A DNA stretch of 64,000 nucleotides from Diplonema japonicum (GCA_964019335.1 OZ025678.1:496001-560000); one strand, 5' to 3'; shown: positions 36,509 through 46,451, counted from the first letter of the stretch. The notes: a model not told the origin generated them from the letters alone. Translations and numbers: made by a program.

Positions 36509-36637
36509 GGGGCACAAAACTCAAGGTGATTCTTATTGCTGATAGAAAGTTTAGTTTAGATATTAGAGCTGTGTTTTTTCTTTCTCTTTCCCTGTTGTTC
36601 CCCCTCGCCTCCCTACTTCACAACCAGAAACGACTCC

Positions 36638-37420
36638 ATGAGTGACATTGTGTTGTACGAAAAGTGTAACGGCGTGGCAACCATCACGCTGAACAGGCCT
36701 GACAGAATGAATGCATTGTCGGCAGAGATGAGGGCGCAGATCAAGAAGGCCTTCGCTAAAGCGAAGGAAGATCAGGAAGTGGGTGCTATTGTGCTAACTG
36801 CGAGGGGAAAGGCCTTCACGGCAGGCTTGGATCTAATGGAACTGGCCAGCGGAAAAAGTGACAACAAAGCTGCTGTGAGTGATAATATGCTTCAGAACTC
36901 TGTTGGGAAGACAGGCAAGCCTGTTATATGCGGCGTGAACGGGTTTGCGATCACTGGGGGCTTTGAGCTCGCCCTGATGGCAGACTTCCTTATCGCGTCT
37001 GTGAACGCTAAGTTCGCCGACACACATGCTCAAGTAGGGATCGTGCCCGGGTGGGGGTTGTCGCAGAAATTCCCTCGTCTTGTGGGACTGAACCGAGCGA
37101 AGGAGATCTCGTTTACAGGAAGGTTCGTCGATGCGGAAGAAGCCCTGAGGATAGGCCTTGTCAACAGAGTCGTCCCCGAAGGTGACCTTGGCCGCGTGTG
37201 CCAGCTGCTGGCTGAAGATATCGTCAGTGCCGATGCCAGGACCCTGTCCACGATCAAGAAGATCACCGACGAAGGATACTTCACCACCCTACGCGAGGGT
37301 TTGCGTATCGAGGCCGAAGCCAACGAGAAGCACATGGAAACCACCACACCCAAGTTCCTCGGGGAGAGGCGCAAGATCGTGATGGCCAGGAACCGACGCA
37401 AAAAGAATGCCAAGCTGTGA
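36638..37420 (+). CDS. Enoyl-CoA hydratase/crotonase family protein with PTS1 (-AKL)
   Basis: VATITLNRPDRMNALS, AFTAGLDL, KPVICGVNGFAITGGFELAL, FADTHAQVGIVPGWG and a C-terminal AKL. Confidence 0.93.
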   Translation: MSDIVLYEKCNGVATITLNRPDRMNALSAEMRAQIKKAFAKAKEDQEVGAIVLTARGKAFTAGLDLMELASGKSDNKAAVSDNMLQNSVGKTGKPVICGVNGFAITGGFELALMADFLIASVNAKFADTHAQVGIVPGWGLSQKFPRLVGLNRAKEISFTGRFVDAEEALRIGLVNRVVPEGDLGRVCQLLAEDIVSADARTLSTIKKITDEGYFTTLREGLRIEAEANEKHMETTTPKFLGERRKIVMARNRRKKNAKL

Positions 37421-37464
37421 TGACCCATCTCCGTGATCCCTCCCTTTTCTTTTGTTACACATAT

Positions 37465-37580
37465 TTATCTATCAAAAAATGATTTTATAACTATTTGCAA
37501 CTTGTGCCGAGCAAAAAGCTTTCGCAGCTTTTTTAAAAACCTTTTTTGCTCGTGCGAAAAACAAAGACATATAGTCATAA
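37465..37580. repeat. Third copy of the 19584-20078 repeat family
   Basis: aaaatgattttataac..gcaacttgtgccgagcaaaaa...ttttgctcgtgcga..acaaagacatatagtcata. Confidence 0.8.
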
Positions 37581-37589
37581 ATATTTATT

Positions 37590-37675
37590 AGGGAACGACC
37601 CCAAAAGGGGAGCATCATAGGTAGGCACGCCACCGCGGCGGGCCGTTGCTAACCACTTCGTTCCTATCATAGTGA
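37590..37675 (+). mobile_element. Severely 5'-truncated LINE 3' end with 7-bp TSD
   Basis: Nearly identical to 39667-39750. Flanked by ATTTATT at 37583-37589 and 37676-37682. Confidence 0.8.
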
Positions 37676-38107
37676 ATTTATTTTTTTTTAATAACCGCTC
37701 TTTCTTTTGCTGGGCCATCTTTTTATTCTTGAGCAAATACCATCTCAAGAAAGAAAGAAGAAGTGCATGACCAACTTGTTCGGATGAGAACAAGGGGGGC
37801 ACGTCTCACAAAAACTTCCTTTAAGTAACTCATATGTTGTGTAAAACAGGGGGATCGCATTTGGCTTCGGCAAAATAAAAGGATGCCCCCCCTCCCCCCC
37901 CTACCGCGAGGAAACGGGCGCCATGTCTGAAAGGTGATGCCGCACAGGTTAGAACTCACTCCAATGTATCGTTTGACTACAAACACCCCCACCCCTTGTA
38001 CTTTATGGTACACTTGGAGCGTTGTTCGATTTGTCACTTTGGCGTTAAAAGATCAAATTTTGCTTCCCTGTTCGTATATTTTGTTTCTCTGAGTAAACTT
38101 ATTTTCG

Positions 38108-39328
38108 ATGTTTTACAATAATCACACGCATCAAAGTACGATGTTTGTGCGAAGGGTGAGCACTGCACTCGCGAACTGCGAAGATGATGAAGCTGCGGCA
38201 TCTGCTTTCGACATGTTAACAGTCGACGAGAGGCAAGGGGACGCAGCGAGGATAATATTTGGGGTAAAAAAGAGTACCGATGTGGTGCTTAAGGACGTGC
38301 GTGCCTGGTCGAGCAAGGTACTGGCGGTGATACGAGATATGAACAAGACACTCTCCCAGATCTCTCTGAATGACGAGTTCGACGACCTGATCGGCCGCAG
38401 ATTAGAAGCTTATCGTGAAGCAGTTGAAAAGATTGAGTCTGCGGACAAGGCATCCCGAGGCACGTACATGGACGCATTGAAACAACTCGCCTTGCTTCAC
38501 TCGCGCAGCGGCATCATCGTGGTCGGAGAGAGGTACAGAGAATCCTTTGAACACACATCTATCATTCCGAGCGACATTCCCAGCGAAATTGTTGATGGTG
38601 ACAGGTGTTTTAACTTTGTTGTGCAAGAGGAACCTCAAGGTTCAGGAACCTTCCACCGTGCCAGTGGGGAAGCAGCTTGCATCTACAAATCATTTTCACG
38701 AACAAAGAACTGTACCCTGACGGTGAAATCCCACAGCAAGGAGCACTGCGAAACAACATGTTCATGCAAATACCTAATACGTGTGCTGGACGAGGAATGC
38801 CCACCCGGACAGGAGGACACCTCGATGCTTCTGCAATGGTGTCATACAAACCAGTTGGCGACTTCTTTCAAGCAAGCGATGCTGTACTTCATACAAGTAA
38901 CAATGGCAGTGAGCGTGGCGCACAAGACTGGTTTGGAACAAAACACCCAAACCGATAGTGTGATGCTTGTCGACTCCTGCGAGAATGTGATGTGCGGTGA
39001 CATGGAAACAGCATATACTGAAGCCCAGCAGCTCATCGTGCTCTTAAAGTGTCTCACAGCTCATTGCAGTGACATAGACAAGGGGGAGAGAGACGATGTG
39101 AGGGATCTGCTGGCCGACATGGAAGGCATGTCCAGCAGCAGCGTCATGAAGCATGCTGTGGTGCAGAAGTACTTGCATCTCGTCACGTGCCCGACCTTCC
39201 CGACCCCTTCCGAAGGTTCAAAACCAGCTGACACACAACGTGTTGCTGCAGCACCGGCCCTGAGTCTTACAGCCTTCGTCCGGCAGATCATACTCTCATC
39301 ATGGGGGTACCAGTACGTGAAAGCATAG
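38108..39328 (+). CDS. Hypothetical protein with a degenerate protein-kinase-like C-terminal half
   Basis: Long intronless ORF. QGSGTF, LLQWC, YFIQVTMAVSVAH..G and VMLVD...VMCGD echo kinase subdomains, but the HRD and DFG residues are absent. Confidence 0.5.
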   Translation: MFYNNHTHQSTMFVRRVSTALANCEDDEAAASAFDMLTVDERQGDAARIIFGVKKSTDVVLKDVRAWSSKVLAVIRDMNKTLSQISLNDEFDDLIGRRLEAYREAVEKIESADKASRGTYMDALKQLALLHSRSGIIVVGERYRESFEHTSIIPSDIPSEIVDGDRCFNFVVQEEPQGSGTFHRASGEAACIYKSFSRTKNCTLTVKSHSKEHCETTCSCKYLIRVLDEECPPGQEDTSMLLQWCHTNQLATSFKQAMLYFIQVTMAVSVAHKTGLEQNTQTDSVMLVDSCENVMCGDMETAYTEAQQLIVLLKCLTAHCSDIDKGERDDVRDLLADMEGMSSSSVMKHAVVQKYLHLVTCPTFPTPSEGSKPADTQRVAAAPALSLTAFVRQIILSSWGYQYVKA

Positions 39329-39353
39329 CCGGTAATCCTCCACTGATTTTTTT

Positions 39354-39750
39354 CGGATGCACCCCATCCCGATTTGGGAAGTTAAGCACCAGCAGGCCAG
39401 GTTAGTACTGCGGTGAGTGATCACGTGGGAAGCCCCAGTGCTGTATCCTCCAAACTTTTAAGAGGAGACGCGCTTTTCCGGCGCAGTCATGCAAGAACGT
39501 GAGATCACTACGATCCATTGGCCGCGACCACGTCGTTGGCTTTGATAGGAGGGCCCTGTTTGCATCGGGGCTGACGGCGACCAAGCTGAAAGGACTGAGA
39601 GAAAAGATTACCGAAAGGAAAGGATTAGAAGATATAAACGACACGCTAGGCACTACGGTGGGTAGCAGGGAACGACCCCAAAAGGGGAGCATAAGGTAGG
39701 CACGCCACCACGGCGGGCCGTTGCTAACCACTTCGTTCCTACCATAGTGA
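39354..39750 (+). mobile_element. 5S rRNA-LINE 3'-end chimeric retrocopy (or truncated SINE3)
   Basis: 5S fragment, then ccaaactttt, then ~290 nt encoding RRRAFPA..VRSLRSIG....GFDRRALFAS..TATKL, which is homologous to the C-terminus of the 22-26 kb LINE. T-runs lie on both flanks. Confidence 0.8.
39355..39449 (+). pseudogene. 5'-truncated 5S rRNA copy
   Basis: gcaccccatcccg..tgggaagttaagc..ggcc.ggttagtactgcggtg.gtga.cacgtgggaa.cccc.gtgctgtatcct matches eukaryotic 5S (A box, intermediate element, C box). About 20 nt are missing from the 5' end, and there is a small internal deletion. Confidence 0.88.
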
Positions 39751-40120
39751 TTTTTTTTTTTTTTTTTTTTCAGAGCAGAAATTAGTGATTTCTGCTTCCG
39801 TTTTTTGAACGTTTCCTTAGAAGCTAATTAAGTTGCAGTTTCAGAAATTAAAAAAAGAAAGAAAGAAAGGGGGGTTTTGGAATGGGGGAAGAAAAAGCAT
39901 GTGGCACGAAAACATTGAAAGAATGTTGGAGGAAGGTTGTTTCACAAACCTCGTGGCCAAAAAGAAAAATACTTCTCTCGTCCTTTAAGAACTGCGAATT
40001 TCTCTACTAATTATTTTTATTATGTTCTCGCCAGATACTGTCTATCTCACGAACCAGACAGCAACTGCAGCACCGTGACCTTGACTGTGACCGATAAGCG
40101 TGAATTGCTAACGTTAGGCA

Positions 40121-40219
40121 CCCGCCGGCACACCGCAAATTTATCAAAAAAATACTTTTTCGCTAAGTGTCCCGAAAGAAAAGGTTTTTTTTTGATAAAG
40201 CTTCGGTGTGCGGGGTGGG
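40121..40219. repeat. Long imperfect hairpin (palindromic element)
   Basis: Arms gcacaccg/cggtgtgc and tttatcaaaaaaa/tttttttgataaa. Confidence 0.55.
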
Positions 40220-40458
40220 CTCACCGGGGAAAAAAAAAAAAAGGAAATGGATGATATCAAACCTCATCCAGCTATGGCTTCGATTTTACTTACTTTTTTT
40301 AATTTTATTTTTTCATTTTTTTTTTTTGTGAAAAGAAATGTCGCCACATACACGGAAAGGGAAAAAAAAAAAAAAAAAAAGAAAAAAAGAAAAAAAAGGG
40401 GGGGAAAACGCCCACCAGCGGGAGAACAAAAAAAAGAAAAAAAGGGGGGTAAAAAAAA

Positions 40459-41434
40459 ATGAAACTGTTAGACATCGACGAGTTCGCCTACCTAAATGGC
40501 ATACTGGATAAGATACAAGGCGCGGGGATGACGGTGGTGGGGAGGGTCGAGGCGTATAGCTGTAAGAGGGTAACACAGGACAAAAGACTTGCTAGGAAGA
40601 TACAAGACTTGCAGGAGAAAGCATGCTTATCCCCACAGTGCGTGGGTCCTCTGGACGCAACCATGGTGGAAGCCGACGAGGAAGGGGATTTTTGTTTAGG
40701 AGCACCACTGGCAGTACCTAGCTATTCCGCAGGCTCTACTGAATGCCTCTTGGACCCCGAGTCAGCAGAGGACAGGGACGCTTTGGTGAACCTGGTAGGG
40801 ACCCTGAATGTCTCTTTTTCCGACTACGATTTTACGTATGAGTTTTGCTGTTTCCTTTTTTAACCCCCCTCACAGTGATGTCCCAGCTTCGTACTTTTCA
40901 AAGGAAACACCTTCATCAGTGCATGCTTTGGTGTCAAGCAGATTAATGGGCACTGGGGAGGGTTTGGGGTCGGTAGGTGTGACGAATTTTGAAGCAATGC
41001 TGTGGAAGGAGATAGACCAGGTATGAGAGAGGGGAAGGTTTTTTTTTTTTTTTTTTTAAAAAAAAAAGGTGGTTGGGTTGAATGGTAGCGAATTCTACTC
41101 CTTTAACCCCCCTTCGTCCCGTTCGCCAATAGAGGCGTCGTGGTCACACTTCCTGTTTATTCAAAACAGGAGGGCGGAGGTTAATAAGTTGATCTTCTTG
41201 ACCCTCTCAGGCGTGGCGCCCGAGGATGAGGATATGCGCTCCATCGATGAGTTCCCTCCGTCCGCGAGCAACACTTACATGTTCACTGCCCCTACCTCCC
41301 CTCACGCCACCGCTAGCAACGGACGGGTGTCCAGTGTGAACTCTCTCCACAATCTTGATATTTCGTCTGATAATGAGGCATCCTTTCAACCTTCACAAGG
41401 GCAAGGGCAATTGCTATGCACTGTGGAACAGTAG
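40459..41434 (+). CDS. MAF1: Maf1, repressor of RNA polymerase III transcription (2 introns)
   Basis: MKLLD..GRVEAYSCK...DKRL, LVGTLNVSFSDYDF, LWKEIDQVV and EFYSFNP. Introns 40836-40875 and 41021-41068. Confidence 0.92.
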
Positions 41435-42530
41435 GAGAGATTAAAAAAAAAAGGGGGGGGGAGGGGAGGGATTGAATGATGGCTTTTGTTATTTTTTTTT
41501 TTTTTTCCGGCTAGATTTTTTTTTTATAGAAAAGAAAAGAAGAACCCTGTAACCCCAAGATTTTTTTTTGCCTCGGTTGGGGGGGAAAAAAAAAAAGAAA
41601 AATATAAAAAAAAAGGGTGGTAGAAAAGGAAGGTATGCTGAGTATGTACACATGGCCACATAGAGGAGATAGAAGGGAGGGGAATAAAAAGGGAAAAAGG
41701 GGGGGGAGAAAAAGAAAAATGAGTTATTCACCTATCCTCCTCAACTCTCTTTTTTTTTTTTTGTTTATTTATGCCTTGGTTTTTTTTTCTTTTTAAAGGC
41801 TCGATTCTTTTTTTTATTTCCAAAAGGAATGACTACACAACAACCAGTTTATTTATTTTTTTTGTTTTTTTTATCTTTATTTTTAAGTTTCGTGTTCTCC
41901 TCTTCCCTTTTCCCTCTTAAGGCCGGCCATCGCCGCTTTGATTTCTTTTCCACTCCACTTCCCCCTTTCGTATCCCAGATATTGTTATATATTCAAGGGC
42001 AGTAGGTCGGCCTTGTGTTGGCGTGAAATGTTTTGCAGCGAAAAGGAAGAGAAAAAAAAAGAGAAAGAAAAAGAAAAAAACGAAACTTCGTATGTGTTCT
42101 TTTTTTTTTTTCATTCTTTCTTTCTTTGTTTCTTCTTTCACCCTTCTTTCTTAAACCATATGGACAAGAAGAAAAAGGAAAAAGAAAAGAGAAAAAAAAA
42201 AGATCCGGCTTAAAGAGAGGTGAAAAGAAAAATGTTTTTTTTCTATTCACCAGTGGCGAGGGGGAGACCTACTTGATGAACTCTTAAAAAAGATTTTTTT
42301 TTTCCCCCTTCGTAAATATCGAGAGCTGCATCAGAAATTCGGTTTTTTTTTTTTAAACCCTTTTTTATTATTTCCCCCCCCAAGAAAACTCTACTTTTTA
42401 TCTCCTGGGGGAATAGAAAAGAAGAACAAAAAAAAAAGAAAGAAAATACTGTAATGCAAAAGAAAAAATAAAAAAGATTTAAAGGGTGATATCCTCTTTT
42501 TTTGTTTTTTTTTTTTTCTTTTTTCAAATA

Positions 42531-43358
42531 CTGTAAAAACAAAAATCCACCGGAAGATAAAATATCCGGACCGCCGAAACATCCGGACATTTTTTCTTCC
42601 GGACATTCTTTTGGGCACTTTTCTAAGGGGGTACCTAGCCTTCCCTACGCACTGCCCCCTCTGTCTGGAAAACTTATATTTCTGTTGCAAGAGTCTTAAG
42701 AACGGCAAAAATAAAATTCAAATTAACAGACGAAAGCTGGATGATTTGGGACCCCTTTTCGTCTTCTTCCCAGCGGCAGCAGCTGGTCCATGTTCCAGGT
42801 CAACCGGCCTGATCTTTGTGAGCCTCCTCGCTGCTTGGGTGTCTTTGGGGCTGCTAGACTTCCCTGTTGTTGGGCGGCGGCTTGTGATGCCATGCTTGGG
42901 GCACAGCTGGTTGGCCCTCTGCATACAGGCAGATGTCCGACGCTGCTACCGGCACCCCCCTTCCGTTCTGCATCTGGATCCAAACAAAGAGGGGGGATCG
43001 ACCTTGGAGCAAAGCGGTGCTTCCAGTCTGATATACTGGACATTGGCTCCATGACGCAAACCCGCAAAAAAATAAGAACAACCCTAAAGCAAGCACAAGA
43101 AGTGGTTTGGTTCAACAAGCTTGTGGTAGAAGCAAACAATCAGGATCTGAGGTGTCTTTTAGTTCTTGGAAAAGTCCGTAATTCAATTCTCTGATTTTTG
43201 TTTGATTCTCTCTTGCTATAGAAACTAGTTTCATCTGTTTTCGGGTCCAGCCCTTTAATAAAAGGGGGGTCCCAGGAAAAAAATGTCCGGAAGAAAAAAA
43301 ATATCCGGACCGCCAGAGCTCCCGGACATTTTTTCTTCCGGTGATTTTTGTTTTACAG
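42531..43358. mobile_element. Non-autonomous TIR DNA transposon with TA target duplication (Tc1/mariner-pogo-like)
   Basis: ~80-nt terminal inverted repeats (ctgtaaaa.caaaaatc.accggaaga.aaaat.tccgg / ccggacattttttcttccggtgatttttgttttacag) flanked by TA at 42529-42530 and 43359-43360. No intact transposase. Confidence 0.8.
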
Positions 43359-43698
43359 TAGTTTTAAAAGCCGTTGGCTCACACAATTGAGGATCAACAG
43401 AGACCGCAGTTCGCTGTCCAGAACTCAAGAAAAAACCATGGAACCAAGCTGCCCAGAAAATTGAATTTAGAGTCGGACCCCCTCCCCCTCCCGATATAAT
43501 CAGTTTCTTGCATACAGTGTATTCGGTTCTTTCTTTTTTTTTAAAAAAAAACCCCCCCACCTTTTTATTCTGGAAAGAAAAAAAAGAACAAAAAAAAAAA
43601 AGAATTCTTGCTTTTTTTTTTTTTTTTTTCTTTCCAAAAAACAACCCCTCATTTGTTGATCCTCACAATATTTTTTTTACGCAGGAACACACAAAAAA

Positions 43699-45303
43699 AT
43701 GCTATTGTCACGTGCTGCAGGGCCTACGCACTTATCGCCGGTGGAACATGTAAGGTTCGCTGGGGGAGGGACTGTGGCCATCAGCAACGACAGGAAGGGG
43801 AACACATTCAAGTACTTTTCTGCGACCGGTGTCCTGCAGAAGTACCCCAAGAGCTCGTCACAGTCTAGCTACTCTTGCATGACCCTCTCTGACGATGGGC
43901 TGACCATCGGCGCTAAGCACGGTGATGACTTCTTCTTAGTTGACGTAGCAAATGGGAAGCAGACATGCGTCCTTGCGAAAAAGAACATCAACCCCCCCCT
44001 TGCCACAGGCGCTGAGGACCGCTGCATAGTGATCCGAGGCAGGGAAGCCTACGTTGGCTACAGCACAGGGGAGATCATCATCTGGAACTCTATAGGAAGC
44101 AGCGACCGTCTGCTCTGGGACCGACGGGACGAGATCTCCCCCTGGCACGCCATCACCGTCAGTGACGACGGCACCCTTGTCGTCGCTGCCACCGATCACG
44201 AAGTCGTTGTTTGGAACAAAACCCTCGGCGAGGAGCCTGTCTCCATCTTCGAACACCTCAGCTCCGAGGCCTCCATATTCTTGAAGCTAACGCCCGACAA
44301 CCGGTTCATCATCCTCGGGAGGAAGGGCTCCATCTACATCCTGGACATCGAATATGAGAGGATAGAGGAAATCAACAAGCGCGACAACCTTGGGACACCC
44401 GTGCACGCCGCCATCATGGACAACTACTGCCTTGTGGGCTACGACAAGGGCACGACGGTGATGTGGGGGATAAAACCGGGGCACTCGGACTTCAAAAGGC
44501 AGGTGCTTGTGCTGCAGGAGCACGACGACGTGCTGACCAAGGTGCTTGCTGTGAGCGTGTCGAACGACGGGCTGACGGCCACCACCGCCTCAATCAGGAT
44601 GGGTGACCTCATCTATAGCACATGGGACATCAAGTGCAAGGAGAAGCTTGCTGCCCGTAAGTTCTTGCTGTTCTGGAGTCGCATAGACGAGCCGAGTTCG
44701 TTGGGGAAGCTTGTGACAGAGTACATCATGCCGGTGCCGGAGCCAATGCTGTACCCGGGACAGCTTGCTCTGGTGAGGGCGGCCATTGGCGTGGTGAGGC
44801 ACATTCCATGTGTTGTGATCTCGGGAACCGGGTCTGTAGGGACATGCTACTATAATGTGATGGCTCTGCCACTAGTAGGCCCAGTGGAGGAGGGGTTGCA
44901 GGACTTTGCGGGGGTTAGGTGCACGGTGTCTGCCAATGACGTGAAGCCTTTGACTGAGTCGGAGTTGTCGCGAAACGAGACTCGCGAGCAGTTCAAGAAG
45001 CGGACGGACCTGCAGAACGTGGCAAGCAGCAGGGACAAGCGGTACGTGGAGCAAATGGGGGCGTGGGACAAGGAGATGTGCTGGCGGGCCCTGCGTATTA
45101 CCAAGAACAGTGTAGTTGATGCAATGGAGCTCCTGAATAAGAAGAAAGGGCGCATCCCCGATGACAAACTGGATGCCCTCCTCCCAGAAGAGCAGGAAGA
45201 GGAAGAGGAAGAGGTTGAGGACACCCCCATGAACCAAGCCGAACAGGAGACAAGCGACTTCATCCCCCAGTACTCGGAGGATATTGAGGACGACGACATA
45301 TAA
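43699..45303 (+). CDS. WD40 beta-propeller protein with a C-terminal UBA-like domain
   Basis: Repeats such as YVGYSTGEIIIWN, ITVSDDGTLVV..VVVWN and AVSVSNDG..TWD. VEQMGAWDKEMCWRALRITKNSVVDAMELL is UBA-like. Confidence 0.72.
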   Translation: MLLSRAAGPTHLSPVEHVRFAGGGTVAISNDRKGNTFKYFSATGVLQKYPKSSSQSSYSCMTLSDDGLTIGAKHGDDFFLVDVANGKQTCVLAKKNINPPLATGAEDRCIVIRGREAYVGYSTGEIIIWNSIGSSDRLLWDRRDEISPWHAITVSDDGTLVVAATDHEVVVWNKTLGEEPVSIFEHLSSEASIFLKLTPDNRFIILGRKGSIYILDIEYERIEEINKRDNLGTPVHAAIMDNYCLVGYDKGTTVMWGIKPGHSDFKRQVLVLQEHDDVLTKVLAVSVSNDGLTATTASIRMGDLIYSTWDIKCKEKLAARKFLLFWSRIDEPSSLGKLVTEYIMPVPEPMLYPGQLALVRAAIGVVRHIPCVVISGTGSVGTCYYNVMALPLVGPVEEGLQDFAGVRCTVSANDVKPLTESELSRNETREQFKKRTDLQNVASSRDKRYVEQMGAWDKEMCWRALRITKNSVVDAMELLNKKKGRIPDDKLDALLPEEQEEEEEEVEDTPMNQAEQETSDFIPQYSEDIEDDDI

Positions 45304-46028
45304 CTTAGCAGCCTGCAGCCTCTGCATCTTAATGGATTGTAGATGTCTTTCTTAATTGTTAAGAGCTCCTGTCCAGAGCGGTGGGCCATTGCCAGCTACT
45401 TCGTTTCCAGTGACTAGTGGGTCGAACCCGCGAATTTTGAGTGTCTATTTTTTTTTTCTTTACATAGTTGGTCCTTGCTTTAGACGTTAACCCTTTTCCG
45501 CCTTCATGGTGAATTTTTGTTAAAGTGTTTTTATCTGAGGAACAAACGTAGCTTTTGCATTTCTTTTTCCCCTGGTGGGCGTTGCAAGAGCGCCAAAAAA
45601 ACCGGGATGTTTGGACGAGGTTTTTTTTCTCTCTCGAAGATGCTGCGCGCTGCACGATAACGGAGGGGTGGGACCTGGGCGTCAAGGCTAAAACGCATAC
45701 CTTAAAAGAAGTTTTTCTTTTCCTCTTTTGAGTGGCCATCGTAGGGAATCTCTTTCGTAGACATGACTGTCATTATCTTCTATCCTGCAGTCCGTCCCTT
45801 TTTTTTTTTCTTTCTTCCAGTTAGTTCCCTTCTGGCCCGGGAGGGGGAAATGCCTTGCCTTATTCCATTTCTCAACAAAAAAGAAAAGAAAAGTACCTTG
45901 CCTTACCCAATCCTGTTCTCGCCTTTTTTTTCCTCTTCTTTTGACAGCAGGCAGGAGCTCCTTAACAATATTCAAGTGTTTTCTTACTCGCTCCTACTCA
46001 GTATCACAACAGGTAGAAAAACCTTGGA

Positions 46029-46451
46029 ATGGATCTCAGAACGAAAATAGGAGCGGGGTGCTGCGTGGTGGGGGCAATGGGGGCGCTGGGATATACTATG
46101 TGCTGGAGGGAGAGGGAAGTGGAGTGCGAGGATGGTGAGGGGATCCCTGCTCTTTCTGTGGAAGAGTCCATGCGTGTCGCGCTACGAGACAGGTTCGACG
46201 CAGTCAAGAAGTACGCAGTCATCATAAACAGGCTCGAGGGCGAGACGCTGGGCGAACAACACGCACAAGAAATAGAAAGCCTACTTGAAGATATTCTTCG
46301 AGAGCTCGAGAAGGTAGACGGCACACCTCTTCTCACCGTCACCTCCGACACCGACCGCGACCAAGTACGAGCCGTCCGCAAGGAGGCCGTCACCACGTTG
46401 AAAGCCCTCGAAACCCGCCTTCTGAAGCTCCAACAACAACAGCAAGCTTGA
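46029..46451 (+). CDS. Small N-terminally membrane-anchored BAG-domain-like protein
   Basis: Hydrophobic N-terminus. ESLLEDILRELEKVDG...RDQVRAVRKEAVTTLKAL fits the BAG helix 2-3 pattern. Confidence 0.6.
   Translation: MDLRTKIGAGCCVVGAMGALGYTMCWREREVECEDGEGIPALSVEESMRVALRDRFDAVKKYAVIINRLEGETLGEQHAQEIESLLEDILRELEKVDGTPLLTVTSDTDRDQVRAVRKEAVTTLKALETRLLKLQQQQQA

Noticed and set aside
37998-38010. tgtactttatgg as a second SL relic
   Set aside because: Only a 10-nt match, compatible with chance.
39355-39449. Functional 5S rRNA gene
   Set aside because: It lacks the 5' strand of helix I/II and has an internal deletion.
39355-41434. Functional link between the 5S fragment and neighbouring MAF1
   Set aside because: The 5S piece appears to be a retro-insertion; proximity alone is not evidence.
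41919-42014. GGCCGGC-starting stem as an HDV-like ribozyme or H/ACA RNA
   Set aside because: Only one outer stem is evident; there is no nested pseudoknot and no correctly placed AGA/ACA box.
45368-45435. tRNA-like B box (gggtcgaaccc)
   Set aside because: It mismatches the consensus and no cloverleaf can be built.
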